64,000 bases of DNA from Aureliella sp. (GTDB lineage: Bacteria > Planctomycetota > Planctomycetia > Pirellulales > Pirellulaceae): positions 2,880,001-2,944,000 of the forward strand of contig OY829846.1 in assembly GCA_963691875.1 (NCBI GenBank). Reading direction: 5' to 3'. A program made the position numbers and the translations under genes. Of the stretch, positions 32,701 to 42,400 are shown one piece after another. Every line of letters starts with the position of its first letter. Position 1 is the stretch's first letter. The notes under the pieces are model-generated. The model made no database searches. It was not told the origin of the DNA and saw nothing but the letters and a program-made list of their open reading frames with translations.

Positions 32701-33215
32701 CGGATGTTCGCCGGTGGTTTGACTTTGCGGCGCGAGAGCTTGATGCAGTGAGCGGTGAAGAGCGAAGCTGCTACGAGGACAGTGCAGGACAATCTGGCGG
32801 TGAGAAAGCAAAACTTGCCTTTACGATTCTTGTCGCAGCGATTGCCTACCAATTTGATATCGATCCCAGTGACTATGACGATGATCGCTTTCACTTTGTG
32901 GTGGTCGACGAGATGTTCTCCAAAGTCGACGATCGCTACGCCGAGTATGCGTTGCAGCTATTCGAAAAGTTTGGCTTACAGTTGCTGATCGTTGCTCCTC
33001 TCGATGCCAAGGCACGCGTCACAGAGCCCTACGTGGGCTGCTATTTGCACACGGTGAAGAACGAGAAGAGTCGCACGAGCGAAGTAATTTCCATGACAGC
33101 AACGGAGTACGCCGGAGCCATGGCTAGCAAGCCGGGAGGGGCTGCCACGGCAACTCGCAAAGGAAAAACAAAGTCGCAGCCAACGCGTAGTGCCAGCCCA
33201 AAGAAGCCAAAGTAG
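29769..33215 (+). CDS. jetC: SMC-like ATPase (Wadjet JetC / MksB-like)
   Basis: LEVTNWGTF, Walker A GQNGSGKST, long coiled coils, signature QSGGEK and Walker B VVVDEMF. Confidence 0.9.
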   Translation: MENLGWTPNARPGYRLKKLEVTNWGTFDSTAGQVYQLAPEGRSALLVGQNGSGKSTLVDTLLTLLVQPGVRNYNVAAGAKKRERDERTYIRGACGRSSDEEAGSVTDYLRPDDKHYSVLLACFKRESTGDAFTVVQVLQILGDGDVDKTYAYADEEKSIAEDLSGLTRSEKIKKQLVARGFKATTKYSEYMPWIARKTSMRSKALDVFNQTVAVKDIQSLNRFIRDHMLEGKPWKDRIENLLSHFLQLSQAHQSLVRARRQIELLEPIETAAEKLEKLNAEQSLYQQQLDATDSYFKKKTIDWLRPKVSSNRDRISKAQGRKVELEKEIEALEDTQRYIRNEIDNTGGERLRQLPLQLESQQTMLAAKKRERSRLQSALKLAGIETTLNDEQDFANLPGKLGQVQEEISRRSTEIAAQRLDLARNLTEVRKHIDEDKTQLEVLQQQPGNLPGWLAEVRAKIAQDLGLDNKRLPFACELISVAESEGDWQSAIELVLRPFALTLLVPEEHYRAVSSYVENHRLTDQKGRGQKLVYSRVQSNAEPQQLEQLHSDSLVYKLGLQEDHELAGWIRAELHRRFDFRCCSTLEQFQRAPGLALTQQRHVKYGSKRHEKDDRAQAMDSKRFVLGWDNAARLAELHTSLQELRQQESAVLDEIHQLETHSKRVSKQLAAVDEALAIDDYELIDTQRHKDEIRKLDEERKAIEQSNDTVRVLRERLEEAAGRRQAAQKERDEEIAIESNMLRESEHSLGLLEKYENLLAERQTDGSLTEHEVMFEQLDLTLGDRLQSISDLLEYAELQNDASRQLQESLNKLSMKTDPLRADIIRAMQKFLSDSPEEKDDLRADLMYLDGFLGLLDQLRKDDLPKYERRFQERLNEKVIQEIGVFHAALQCEKQEIASKIGVLNESLEQLEYRAGTFMRLEPRDASDREIKDFQALLRECLDDQFDGDTSADEARFKRIEKLIRRLREEERWRDKVTDVRRWFDFAARELDAVSGEERSCYEDSAGQSGGEKAKLAFTILVAAIAYQFDIDPSDYDDDRFHFVVVDEMFSKVDDRYAEYALQLFEKFGLQLLIVAPLDAKARVTEPYVGCYLHTVKNEKSRTSEVISMTATEYAGAMASKPGGAATATRKGKTKSQPTRSASPKKPK

Positions 33216-33312
33216 GGTCAATGGTCTCAGTTGATGCCCAACGCTGGTTCCGAACTCTTCCGCCTAAATGCGGGACTACGAGCTTGGAAGAATAGATTCA
33301 GGTCGAAAATCG

Positions 33313-34788
33313 CTACCTTTCCTTCTCGCCTTCAATTGGCAAATCGCCAAAAATACTGAGTTGAGTGCCTTCGGCGTTTCCGTCCTTGATATTGATTTCA
33401 AGCTTCTCTGGAACTGGACCTGACAAGTTGAGAAAGATAAGCTTGCTTCCGTCGTAAGACAGGATGTCGATCTTAGGTCGGGCAGGATCCAGGGTCGACC
33501 AACCGATGAGTTCGTCGTTCAGCGTGAACAAATGCAACTCCCACTCCACCACCTGAAAACCATCATCGGTCGATAGTTTCCAAACTCCTGACACGGCATC
33601 GACTTGTTCTTTCGTTGCCGTGACTTCGGCCGATGGAGGGCCTTCGTCGCGATAAGTCAAATACTCCTGCATCCGACCTTGATATTTCTTCGCGATGCGC
33701 ACGCCAGGCATCTCGGTCGGGTCATTCTGCACATGGAACTCACGCTGAATCGGTTTACACCAGCCTTGGTCATCATTGCAAACCACGTAGCTCGCTTTCA
33801 GAATAAGCTTGGCACCCGGGTTGATGTTTGACACGCTGAATTTGAATTCCCGTGGATCCGAGTCGCCAGCGACGTCCATCTTCGGCCCCTCCAATTTATG
33901 GACTGATAACTCGACTTGATCCACCGCTTCGATTTCCAAGCGAAAAGGCCCCTGCAGATTGTTCCAGTGAGCGTGATGAATCGGATCCAATTCGAATGTC
34001 AGGAATACATCGCCTTCGCCAGCGTAGAGCAATGGCCCTGAGGCTGAGGCACGTAACTTCACGTAATGTAATTCCTGATTCTCCGTCTCGTTGGCTTCGA
34101 CTTTTAGCTCAATCGCATCATCCGGCAGTTCCATTGGTTCCAAAATTCCGCTGGCGGCGAGTGCAGCAGGTTTGGGCTTCGGGAGATCAAGATCCTCCGG
34201 TCGAGTTGGATTCTCAACTTTACCTACGAGCTGGTTCAGCTTTTCTCGCAGCAACTTCGGCTGATTCCAACCACGCCGGGAAACCACTCGTCCCTCAGCA
34301 TCGATTATAAATTCGCTGTTCGGAGCTGCGCCCATGTACTTCGTAAATTCGTTTTGCAAGTCCACGCAAAGCCACGGCGTCTTGGTACCCAGTGTGCGCT
34401 TGGCTTCTTTCATATGAAGCAAGCGTTCTTCCAGGTCCCGTGGATTCAAGTAGTTGTTCCAGCCGGGATGCGCTAGATCCTTATAGATGTAGTAGAACTG
34501 AACACCTTTCGGTGAGTAGTCTCTTGCGATTGCCTCCAAACTGGGGACGTTCTTTAGAAATGGCGGTCAGGTCAAGCAACCGAAGATAAGTACGCTGTAG
34601 CGATTCTTGAACTCCGTGGTTCGCACACCATTACCTGCTTCATCATAGAGCACGTAATCACCGATATGCGCCCCGACCGCCGGCAAACGTCTGGTCATCG
34701 ACGATTCACCAGCTGCCGGAATCGTGTCTTGTGCAAACGCAGGCAGGCTAAGCAATAAACAAGAAAGAAACGCAGCTAGTTTTCGCAT
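33313..34788 (-). CDS. Candidate secreted selenoprotein: deiodinase/peroxiredoxin-like thioredoxin fold (CxxU) + nDsbD-like domain + C-terminal beta domain; 491 aa if UGA is read as Sec74
   Basis: ORFs 34567..34788 and 33313..34539 are in the same frame, separated only by TGA (34567-34569). The junction reads VLIFGCLT*PPFLKNVPSLEAIARDY...FYYIYKDLAHP. Signal peptide ends AFA-Q. Confidence 0.75.
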
Positions 34789-35462
34789 ACTTGAGATTCG
34801 AAAGCGAGATATCGAGACAGGGAATCACGCAGTCCAGGGTACTGGGTTCTAAATTAGAATTCCAGCCGCCAACTTCTAGAGGCTGGTAAATCAGGGTTTC
34901 GATCCTTGAGCCAACTGCGCCAGCCGCAGATAGTTTTCTTGGTTCGACCCGACGCAACAGTTCGGCGCACTTCACCAAATGGAAACTCCCATTCAAGCTG
35001 CGCAACCGCTCGGTGTCTTGGCCGCAGCTCGGCAATTGAGATACTTTCAATGCAATCGACGAAAACTGTGGCATCTATCTGAAGGCGGAGCAATGAAGGT
35101 CGAATGGGCGGGCGAGGGAATGCCAGATTCCCTTTACAGTGCAGTTTTTTTCGCTGGTCTAGCTGACCTTGATCTCGACTGAGAATCAGGCCTCATCGGT
35201 CCACGGATCCACGGATTGCAATCGTCGATCTATTCTTTCCAACTATTGGCCTCCCGGGCGCTTTTCGAGATGAGGTTGAGACAGGAAAGGAAAGCCGAGT
35301 TCGGAGATCTGTTTTTTCTGATTCCAAGCATTGTTATACGATTCGCTCCGAAGATTTTCGTTAAAAAATTTTTTTGGATGTCCGGCTAGAAGCGAAGACG
35401 GCACTCAATTACTTGTTGCCGGATATTTTTTGTAGACACTTCGAGCAGAGGAATCATCGAGC

Positions 35463-38400
35463 ATGTTCTTTAATCGCAAAAGCGTCTATCGCTCCCCCAA
35501 AGAAAACACCAAGCTTGGAAATTTTGAAAAGCTAGAAGCACGAAACATGATGGCTGCCGTCATTGGAGATTTTAATGGCGATGGGTTTAATGATCTTGCG
35601 AGTGGTATTCCTCACGAGGATCTGGGAGCGAGGAGGGATGCTGGCGCTGTCTTGGTGCGTTACGGTAACGGTTACGGATTGAATGGCAGAACAGAATTAT
35701 GGAATGCGGGGCACGTTGCAGGATTGGACATCAGGGAAGGTGACCAGTTTGGTGCGGCCTTGATTGCTGGTGACTTCAATGGCGACGGGGTCGATGATTT
35801 AGCAGTTGGAATTCCCAACCGAGACCTTGGTGGTATTACGGATGCTGGAGCTGTCGGAGTCATCTATGGAATGCCAGCTGGTATCTTTGCCGGAGGTTTG
35901 TCACCGTGGAGAACGGATGTGTTCTTTCAGGGCATGGAGGGCCTACAAGATCAACCGGATGCGTTGGATCGTTTTGGAACGAGTCTGAGTGCTGGCGACT
36001 TCAATGGCGATGGCTGCGATGAGTTAGTAGTAGGAGTGCCAAGCGAATCATTCAGCGAACCGAAATTGCCCGAAGTGATTACGCGGCAGGATGTCGGTGC
36101 AGTTCACATCATCCAAGGAAATGCGACCGGCTTAACGACTCAGGATAGTCAATTTTGGACACCTGGCCGTGATTCTGTCAGGCGAAACGGGGAGCGATAC
36201 AACCGCTTTGGCTCGGCGTTTGCTGTCGGGGATTTTGATGGCTCCGGGCGAGATGATCTTGCAATTGGCGCCCCCGGCGACAGTTTCAACGCTCAGCCGA
36301 ATGCTGGTGCGGTTCACGTGATCTACTCCTCCTTCGATGGTCTCGCACGCGACGAAATCCAGCTTTTTCACCAACAGTACCCTTCGGTACCGGGTTTGGG
36401 GGATCACCTTGAATCTTTAGAAGCCTATGACTTTTTTGCGTCAAGTTTGGCTTCCGGTGATTTCAACAGAGATGGAAAAGATGATTTGGCAATCGGTGTG
36501 CCGGGAGAAAATGCGCGCGCGGGAGCGGTTCATGTTTTGATGGCTTCGAGTCACTCAGGCGGAAAACTGACACTCAACCAGAACAAAACGTACCGTCAGA
36601 TCGATGTCGGATCCTACGCCCAAAACAACAACCTGTTTGGATACTCTCTCGCCGTCAGAGACAACGGTCGATACAACGAGTTGTTGGTGGGAGTACCAGG
36701 AGATTCATTGCCGAGAAAGGAAGCTCACGGATCCGTTGCTGTGATCAACCCTATGCATCGCGCAGTCGATTTGGGGCGTGCTGGTACGTTCATCGTAAAT
36801 AAGACAAACGGTACTAGCGCCTTCGAGTACTGGGGCAGTAGCCTCACCGTAGGACAATTGAATCGATATGGTGATTATTTGGGGGATAGAGAAGTAAATT
36901 ACGAAGACCTGATTGTTGGCATCCCCGGATTCGACGAGGGAACACGGGTTGACGCAGGGGCCTTTCAGATATGGATTGGAAATCACTTGGACTTCCGACT
37001 ACGACCTCCAAACAAGACTTTGTCGCAGAGTCATTTTCCCGGAGTTAGCGTGGAGATGGGAGATGAATTTGGTGGAAGCATTCCTTTGAATTTCCGCCGC
37101 GTATCGACCGAGGAGGCAATTCCAAAACTTGAAAGCAATCCTGGCGCAAGACACACCATTTATCTCGATTTCAATGGACACGGCACAGGTCATTGGTTGG
37201 ATCGAAGAAGACACAGAAGCCCCGGGTTTACGTTGGATCAATCAGTCAATCGGCGGGATGACGTATATGGCCGAATGAACGTGACAGAAGTCGCAATGAT
37301 CGAAGATATTTGGTCAACTGTTGCCGAAGACTTTGCCGCCTTTGATGTGAATGTGACAACGCACCGTCCCGAAAGTAGAAGATTTGATCGGGTGGCAATC
37401 GGGGGTTCCGCTCCTGGCTGGGCCGACGGTGCCCCAGGAATCCACCGGCGCTTTGACAATGACCTCACGTGGGTCTGGCCGGAGAGCGTTTCGGGGTACT
37501 CGAATTTTGCTTTCGGTCTGGGCAATGATCTGGCATTGTACACAGGGAACCTCGCGTCTCACGAGCAAGGCCACGAGCTTGGACTCGACCATAAGTCAGA
37601 AGAAGGAATAGAAAGGACCGAGAGGATGTCGAGTGCTACAAGGGACCGGTCCGTCTCCTCACGTTGTTACCGCAGCGAATACAGCGACGGAGGGCCTACG
37701 TGGAATCCAATCATGGGGACTTTTTACGACGGTCAACGAACGATTTGGACCCAGGCACACATGAATTTGCCCGATTCCACAACCATGCCAACTACGAGCA
37801 TGCGTGGCACCGAGACGATTACAACCACTAAAACAAAATCACGTCGCCGCACCGACGGAAACAATGAATTGAGTTTCCTAAGACGAGTTTTGGGTGCCAG
37901 GCCAGATGATCACGGTGATTCACTTGGTGCCGCGACGAATCTTCGTGGCAACATTGCCGTTGGAAATATTGAATGGAAAGAAGATGTCGACGCTTTTATC
38001 CTCGACGTGACGCCACGAAATTCACTAGAGGTTCGTGTTGATGTCGCGGAAATGGCCCCCAATCTTGATCTTTTGCTATCCATTTATGAAGTCGACCGCA
38101 ACGGGAGAGAGCATCTAATTTTGCATGATGCTGGATCGGTCGATCGCCTCGATGCCGAAGCAACGATTAGGCTTTCGGCGAATGCAAAGCAGATCCTTAT
38201 CTTGGTGACAAGCCGAGGAGTATTCGACGGTGATCTTGGCACATATGTTGTTCGGACCAATGAATTCTCTCCCCTCGCGCCACTAACCCGAATGTCACGT
38301 GCACTCGGTTCCGTAGCGTTCGAGCCAATTACTTCCGACGCCGTTGAACGTCCAATACGGATATCATCGAGCCGGCTTCAAGTGAACGTGATCAGCCCTG

Positions 38401-38627
38401 GGAATCTGGGTTCTCCGGAAAGACACACTAGCAAATCAGACCAAAACTTAGGGTCGACTAGACGAATGCCGGAAGCAAACAAGTCAACGCCGTCGATGTG
38501 GCGATTATCGACCAAAGCTTCTGCTCCAGGAGGACTCGATATTGAATCCCTGGATCTTGCGCTGGCATCAATCGCCGTTAGCCAGGAGGAACTGCTTCAA
38601 GATCTTGAATTCAGTTGGGCTGATTAG
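35463..38627 (+). CDS. Extracellular FG-GAP (integrin-alpha-like) repeat protein fused to a metzincin zinc metalloprotease and a PPC-like domain
   Basis: N-terminal EKLEARNMMA (planctomycete LExR-type motif), about 7 GDFNGDG/FG..GAP/AGAV repeats, TIYLDFNGH, HEQGHELGLDH, Met-turn PIMG and DDHGD. Confidence 0.85.
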   Translation: MFFNRKSVYRSPKENTKLGNFEKLEARNMMAAVIGDFNGDGFNDLASGIPHEDLGARRDAGAVLVRYGNGYGLNGRTELWNAGHVAGLDIREGDQFGAALIAGDFNGDGVDDLAVGIPNRDLGGITDAGAVGVIYGMPAGIFAGGLSPWRTDVFFQGMEGLQDQPDALDRFGTSLSAGDFNGDGCDELVVGVPSESFSEPKLPEVITRQDVGAVHIIQGNATGLTTQDSQFWTPGRDSVRRNGERYNRFGSAFAVGDFDGSGRDDLAIGAPGDSFNAQPNAGAVHVIYSSFDGLARDEIQLFHQQYPSVPGLGDHLESLEAYDFFASSLASGDFNRDGKDDLAIGVPGENARAGAVHVLMASSHSGGKLTLNQNKTYRQIDVGSYAQNNNLFGYSLAVRDNGRYNELLVGVPGDSLPRKEAHGSVAVINPMHRAVDLGRAGTFIVNKTNGTSAFEYWGSSLTVGQLNRYGDYLGDREVNYEDLIVGIPGFDEGTRVDAGAFQIWIGNHLDFRLRPPNKTLSQSHFPGVSVEMGDEFGGSIPLNFRRVSTEEAIPKLESNPGARHTIYLDFNGHGTGHWLDRRRHRSPGFTLDQSVNRRDDVYGRMNVTEVAMIEDIWSTVAEDFAAFDVNVTTHRPESRRFDRVAIGGSAPGWADGAPGIHRRFDNDLTWVWPESVSGYSNFAFGLGNDLALYTGNLASHEQGHELGLDHKSEEGIERTERMSSATRDRSVSSRCYRSEYSDGGPTWNPIMGTFYDGQRTIWTQAHMNLPDSTTMPTTSMRGTETITTTKTKSRRRTDGNNELSFLRRVLGARPDDHGDSLGAATNLRGNIAVGNIEWKEDVDAFILDVTPRNSLEVRVDVAEMAPNLDLLLSIYEVDRNGREHLILHDAGSVDRLDAEATIRLSANAKQILILVTSRGVFDGDLGTYVVRTNEFSPLAPLTRMSRALGSVAFEPITSDAVERPIRISSSRLQVNVISPGNLGSPERHTSKSDQNLGSTRRMPEANKSTPSMWRLSTKASAPGGLDIESLDLALASIAVSQEELLQDLEFSWAD

Positions 38628-38720
38628 CTTTTACAGCGCCTTGACATTCCACCGAATAAGTAAACCTATGAACAACGAGAGTTTCTCGCTTTCAGATTTG
38701 AGAGTCGATCGCTGGCACCC

Positions 38721-39293
38721 GTGAATGCACGCCTGAGCAATCTGAGAAACGACAACTTGAAACTAGGTTTTGGTCAAACTCAGATTCGAAAATTTGATCA
38801 AACCTTCGCTCGCTTTGAAAGTAACGAGCATGAGCGCCCGATTGAAGGCATCGATGCTTTGCTCGCCAAAATTCTAGATGCGAAACGGCTGCGTTGTTCC
38901 GAGAACTCCTTCGGGTTCTTCCGACAAGAGCTGATTGGGTAACACGCCGCCCCTTCTGAGGGTCCTTTTCCACCAGGTGACTTGGCTATGTATCTTCCTG
39001 CCGGAAGTGACGTTGCGATGCAAACACACTTCCATCCATCTGGCAAAACAGAAAAAGAACAAGGCCTTATGGTTCTTTATTTCGCGGACAAGCCGCCCTC
39101 CAGGCAGCTAGTACCGAGTCAGATCTGGGACCTAAAAATCCCCGCTAGCGAAATTGGCTATCTACTCGAAGCCTCCCGTAGTTTCTCCCAAGAACTACTT
39201 GCATGGCCGTCTTGGGCAACTTCTGGCTGCCAACAAGATTGCAACTCCAGAAACAAAACCGCTGAGGTGCTCTCTTTTGGAACCGCTCCCTGA
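38721..39293 (+). pseudogene. Remnant of a copper-monooxygenase-like / redoxin-fused planctomycete protein
   Basis: PGDLAMYLPAGSDVAMQTHFHPSGKTEKEQG..VLYFADKPP resembles the LPxGSDxxxQxHYHPSGK segment of such proteins. The flanks have lost the frame. Confidence 0.5.
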
Positions 39294-39423
39294 AACCTGA
39301 GTCTGAAATACGTAGGGCCCACGGAGGTACTGCCCACCGTGTCGCGTATGAAAATCCCCAAGTAGTCGATGGACCACTTGGGGAGCATTCTTATCTACTA
39401 AAAGTGTGCTTTCGCAACCTCAG

Positions 39424-42400
39424 CTACTTATCTGAGTCCGGAATGCCCATCTTGCTGCGATCAGGGTAGGCCGGACGTGTAGGTGGTTTTGGATACTGCT
39501 TGATCTCGCGAAGCATCGTTTTGATTGCGACATCAAGCTGCGGATCAGCACCATCTTGCATTTTGGCTGGATCTTCGATGACGTCGATGTCGGGATCAAC
39601 ACCATGGCCTTCGATGCCCCAAGTCCCATCGTTGTCGTAGTAAGCAAACGATGGCGCGGTCACACTGGCGCCGTCCAGCAAAGGACGTCCGCCCTGGATG
39701 CCAACCAGACCGCCCCATGTACGACGGCCGATGAGCTTGCCAATCTTCATTTGCTTGAACAAACCAGGAAACATATCGCCACCGCTTCCGGCTAGGCCGT
39801 TGATCAGCATGCATTTGGGACCTTGATGCGAATCAGGAGGCCAAACCCAATCGACGCCATCCCGAACCGCCCAGCGATTCGTCGAAGGACGATTCAGCAG
39901 TTCGATAAATCGAGTTGGGATCTGTCCACCGCCATTCCAGCGATCGTCGATGATCAGAGCTTCTTTCTCATGCTGAGAATAAAACTGGCGAAACAAGTCG
40001 TTCTGCCCATTGATGCCCGTGTTGGTGACGTAGATGTAACCAACCTTACCCTTAGACTTTTTCTCGACATAAGCCCGAGTGGCTTCAATACCGTCCCAGA
40101 ATCGCAAGTTGTAATCACTCGAAAGAGGACGCACGACAACGCTGCGAGCTCTTTTTTCTCCGGTTTGGACCTTCAGAGTGATTGCTCGACCACCGAGTCC
40201 TATAAAGTACTTGTACGGATTCTCCTCGGTGTCTACTGGCACGCCGTTGACTTCCAGGATCGCGTCACCTTCCTTCACACCAGCTGCTGATAGGGGATTG
40301 CGAGCGTCGGTGTCCCACTCGCCGCCTTGCCAAAGCTTGGCGACAGTGAGTTTCTCCCCCAACGCGAACTCGCAACCTAGCAGTGCGACGGACTCGCGTG
40401 GGCCACGCTCTACATCGCCTTCGCGGTAGTACGCGTGTCCAACATTGATCTCTGCAATCATCTCACGAATGATGTAGCTCAAGTCAGTTCGGCTGACACA
40501 ATCTTCCAAGAGAGCCGCATACTGTTCCCGAACTGCTTCCCAATCCACGCCGTGCATGGTCGGGTCGTAGAAGAAATCACGCTCTGCTCGCCATGCTTCG
40601 TGAAACATTTGCTTCCACTCTGCTCGCCGATCGATCTCCATTCGCATCCCTTCTGTGCTAACTGAGCTTCCCAGGCTTTGGCCCGGAGCAGCACTGAGCA
40701 CATAGATATTTCCACGTGCAAAAGTCAGAAGCTTCTTGCCATCAGGCGTGAGTTCGAATCCGGCGGCTCCTGCAAGGACAGTTTTCTCACTGGCTTTTCC
40801 GTCTGCAATGGAAAGTAGTTTAATGCTTGGTGGATCAGATTCTCCCTGCTCGGATGTGCGAGCGTAAATGAGTCCCGCCGCCGAGTATTGCAAGTTTCGG
40901 AAACGGCCCGAGCTAACAGGCACTTGGAAGCTGCGAGCTTCGATGCCCTCAAAGTCAATCGAGATCTTCTTGGGCTCCTCAGATTTCTTGTTTTCTGGCT
41001 TTGCTTCGCCTGACTTTGTTTCATCGGACTTGGCCCCGTCAGCAGGCTGCTTCGCCTTCGACTTCTTGCCTTTGTTCTTGCGGTTCTTTTTCGTGCTCTT
41101 CTTAGAAGAAGCTTCAGAACCTTCCTTCGACTTCTCCGCATCTGCTTCTTGTTTCTCAGCTGCAGCTTCTTCGTCCTTGTCGCCTTCTGGCTTATCCTTA
41201 TTTTCTTCTTTCCAAGTTTCTTCGTCACTGGTTGGGAGCAAGGGATTCTTCACGTCAGCACGCAATGGAACGGCAACGAGAACTTGCGTGTCGTCATAGA
41301 TGAAGGTAGTGCCTACATCTTCGTAGCTCGGGCTACCGAAATCGCGATTGGACGCGAAGTACAAGTACTCGCCTTCGCGATCGAAGGCTGGTGATACATC
41401 ATTGAAGTATCCGCTAGTGATTGCGTGAGTCTTGCCGCTTGCGACTTCGAGAACTCGAATCTGATTGCGAGTCGCAGCCTTAGTACCTCGCATATAGGCG
41501 AGCCAAGCAGAATCGTGCGACCAACTGATGGAGCCGGCGCCGCCGTGCGGTTCATCGTCAAACTGATCAACCTTCTTGCTATTGGCGTCCACAATAAACA
41601 TGCCGCCAGTCTTGTCTGTAAAGTAAAGCTTCTTCGAGTCTGGCGACCAAGAAATACTGCTTCGCCAACAGTTGCCGTTATCGGTCAGTTGTTTGGTTTC
41701 ACCTGAGCCGTCGCTAGCAGCGAGTACCAATTCGTATTCACCACTTGCATCGGTGAAATAAGCGATCCAACGTCCGTCGGGGCTCCATGCTGGATCGCGT
41801 TCGGCAGCACCGCTGGTGCGAGTCAAATTGCGAGGCGAACCATTCTTGATTGGTGCTGACCAGATATCGCCTCGAGCCTCGATGGCAACTCGTTTAGCAC
41901 TCGGCGAGACCGATGCACCTTGGATGAAGTCGGCAGCGTCGACGATATGCGGACGCAGAGAAGGACGATCACCAGGAATAGTAATCTTGACCGACTTTGA
42001 CTTCTTCGTCTTCACGTTCAGGATTCGAATCTCCGATCCAAGTTGGAAGATAATTTCGCCTTCGCCATTCCGTCCAGGACCTATCGATGGCGTCTTGACA
42101 TCAAAGTCTGCGAACTTGGTGACTTGTGTTTTCTCATCTGCTTCGACGTTGTACTTCCACACATTCATGCGATGATTCGGGCCAGCATCGGACAAATAGT
42201 AAAGCGTGTCGTCATGCCACATTGGAAAAGAATCAGTACCTTCCCAATCGGTGACTCGCTTTGAGGATTTGTCGCTTAGGTTGAATAGCCATACGTCAGA
42301 AGCCATCCCGCCGCGATAACGCTTCCATGTGCGCGTGTCACGACTGTAAGGCGTGTAGGCCAGCCACTCGCCGCTGTCGTTGATTGCGCCATTGGTACCA

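Noticed and set aside
33313..34539. ORF after jetC as jetD or a Wadjet effector
   Set aside because: It is on the opposite strand, is exported, and has a thioredoxin-like fold with no TOPRIM motifs.
3760..35000. tRNA-anchored genomic island
   Set aside because: I found no integrase and no repeat of the tRNA 3' end by eye.
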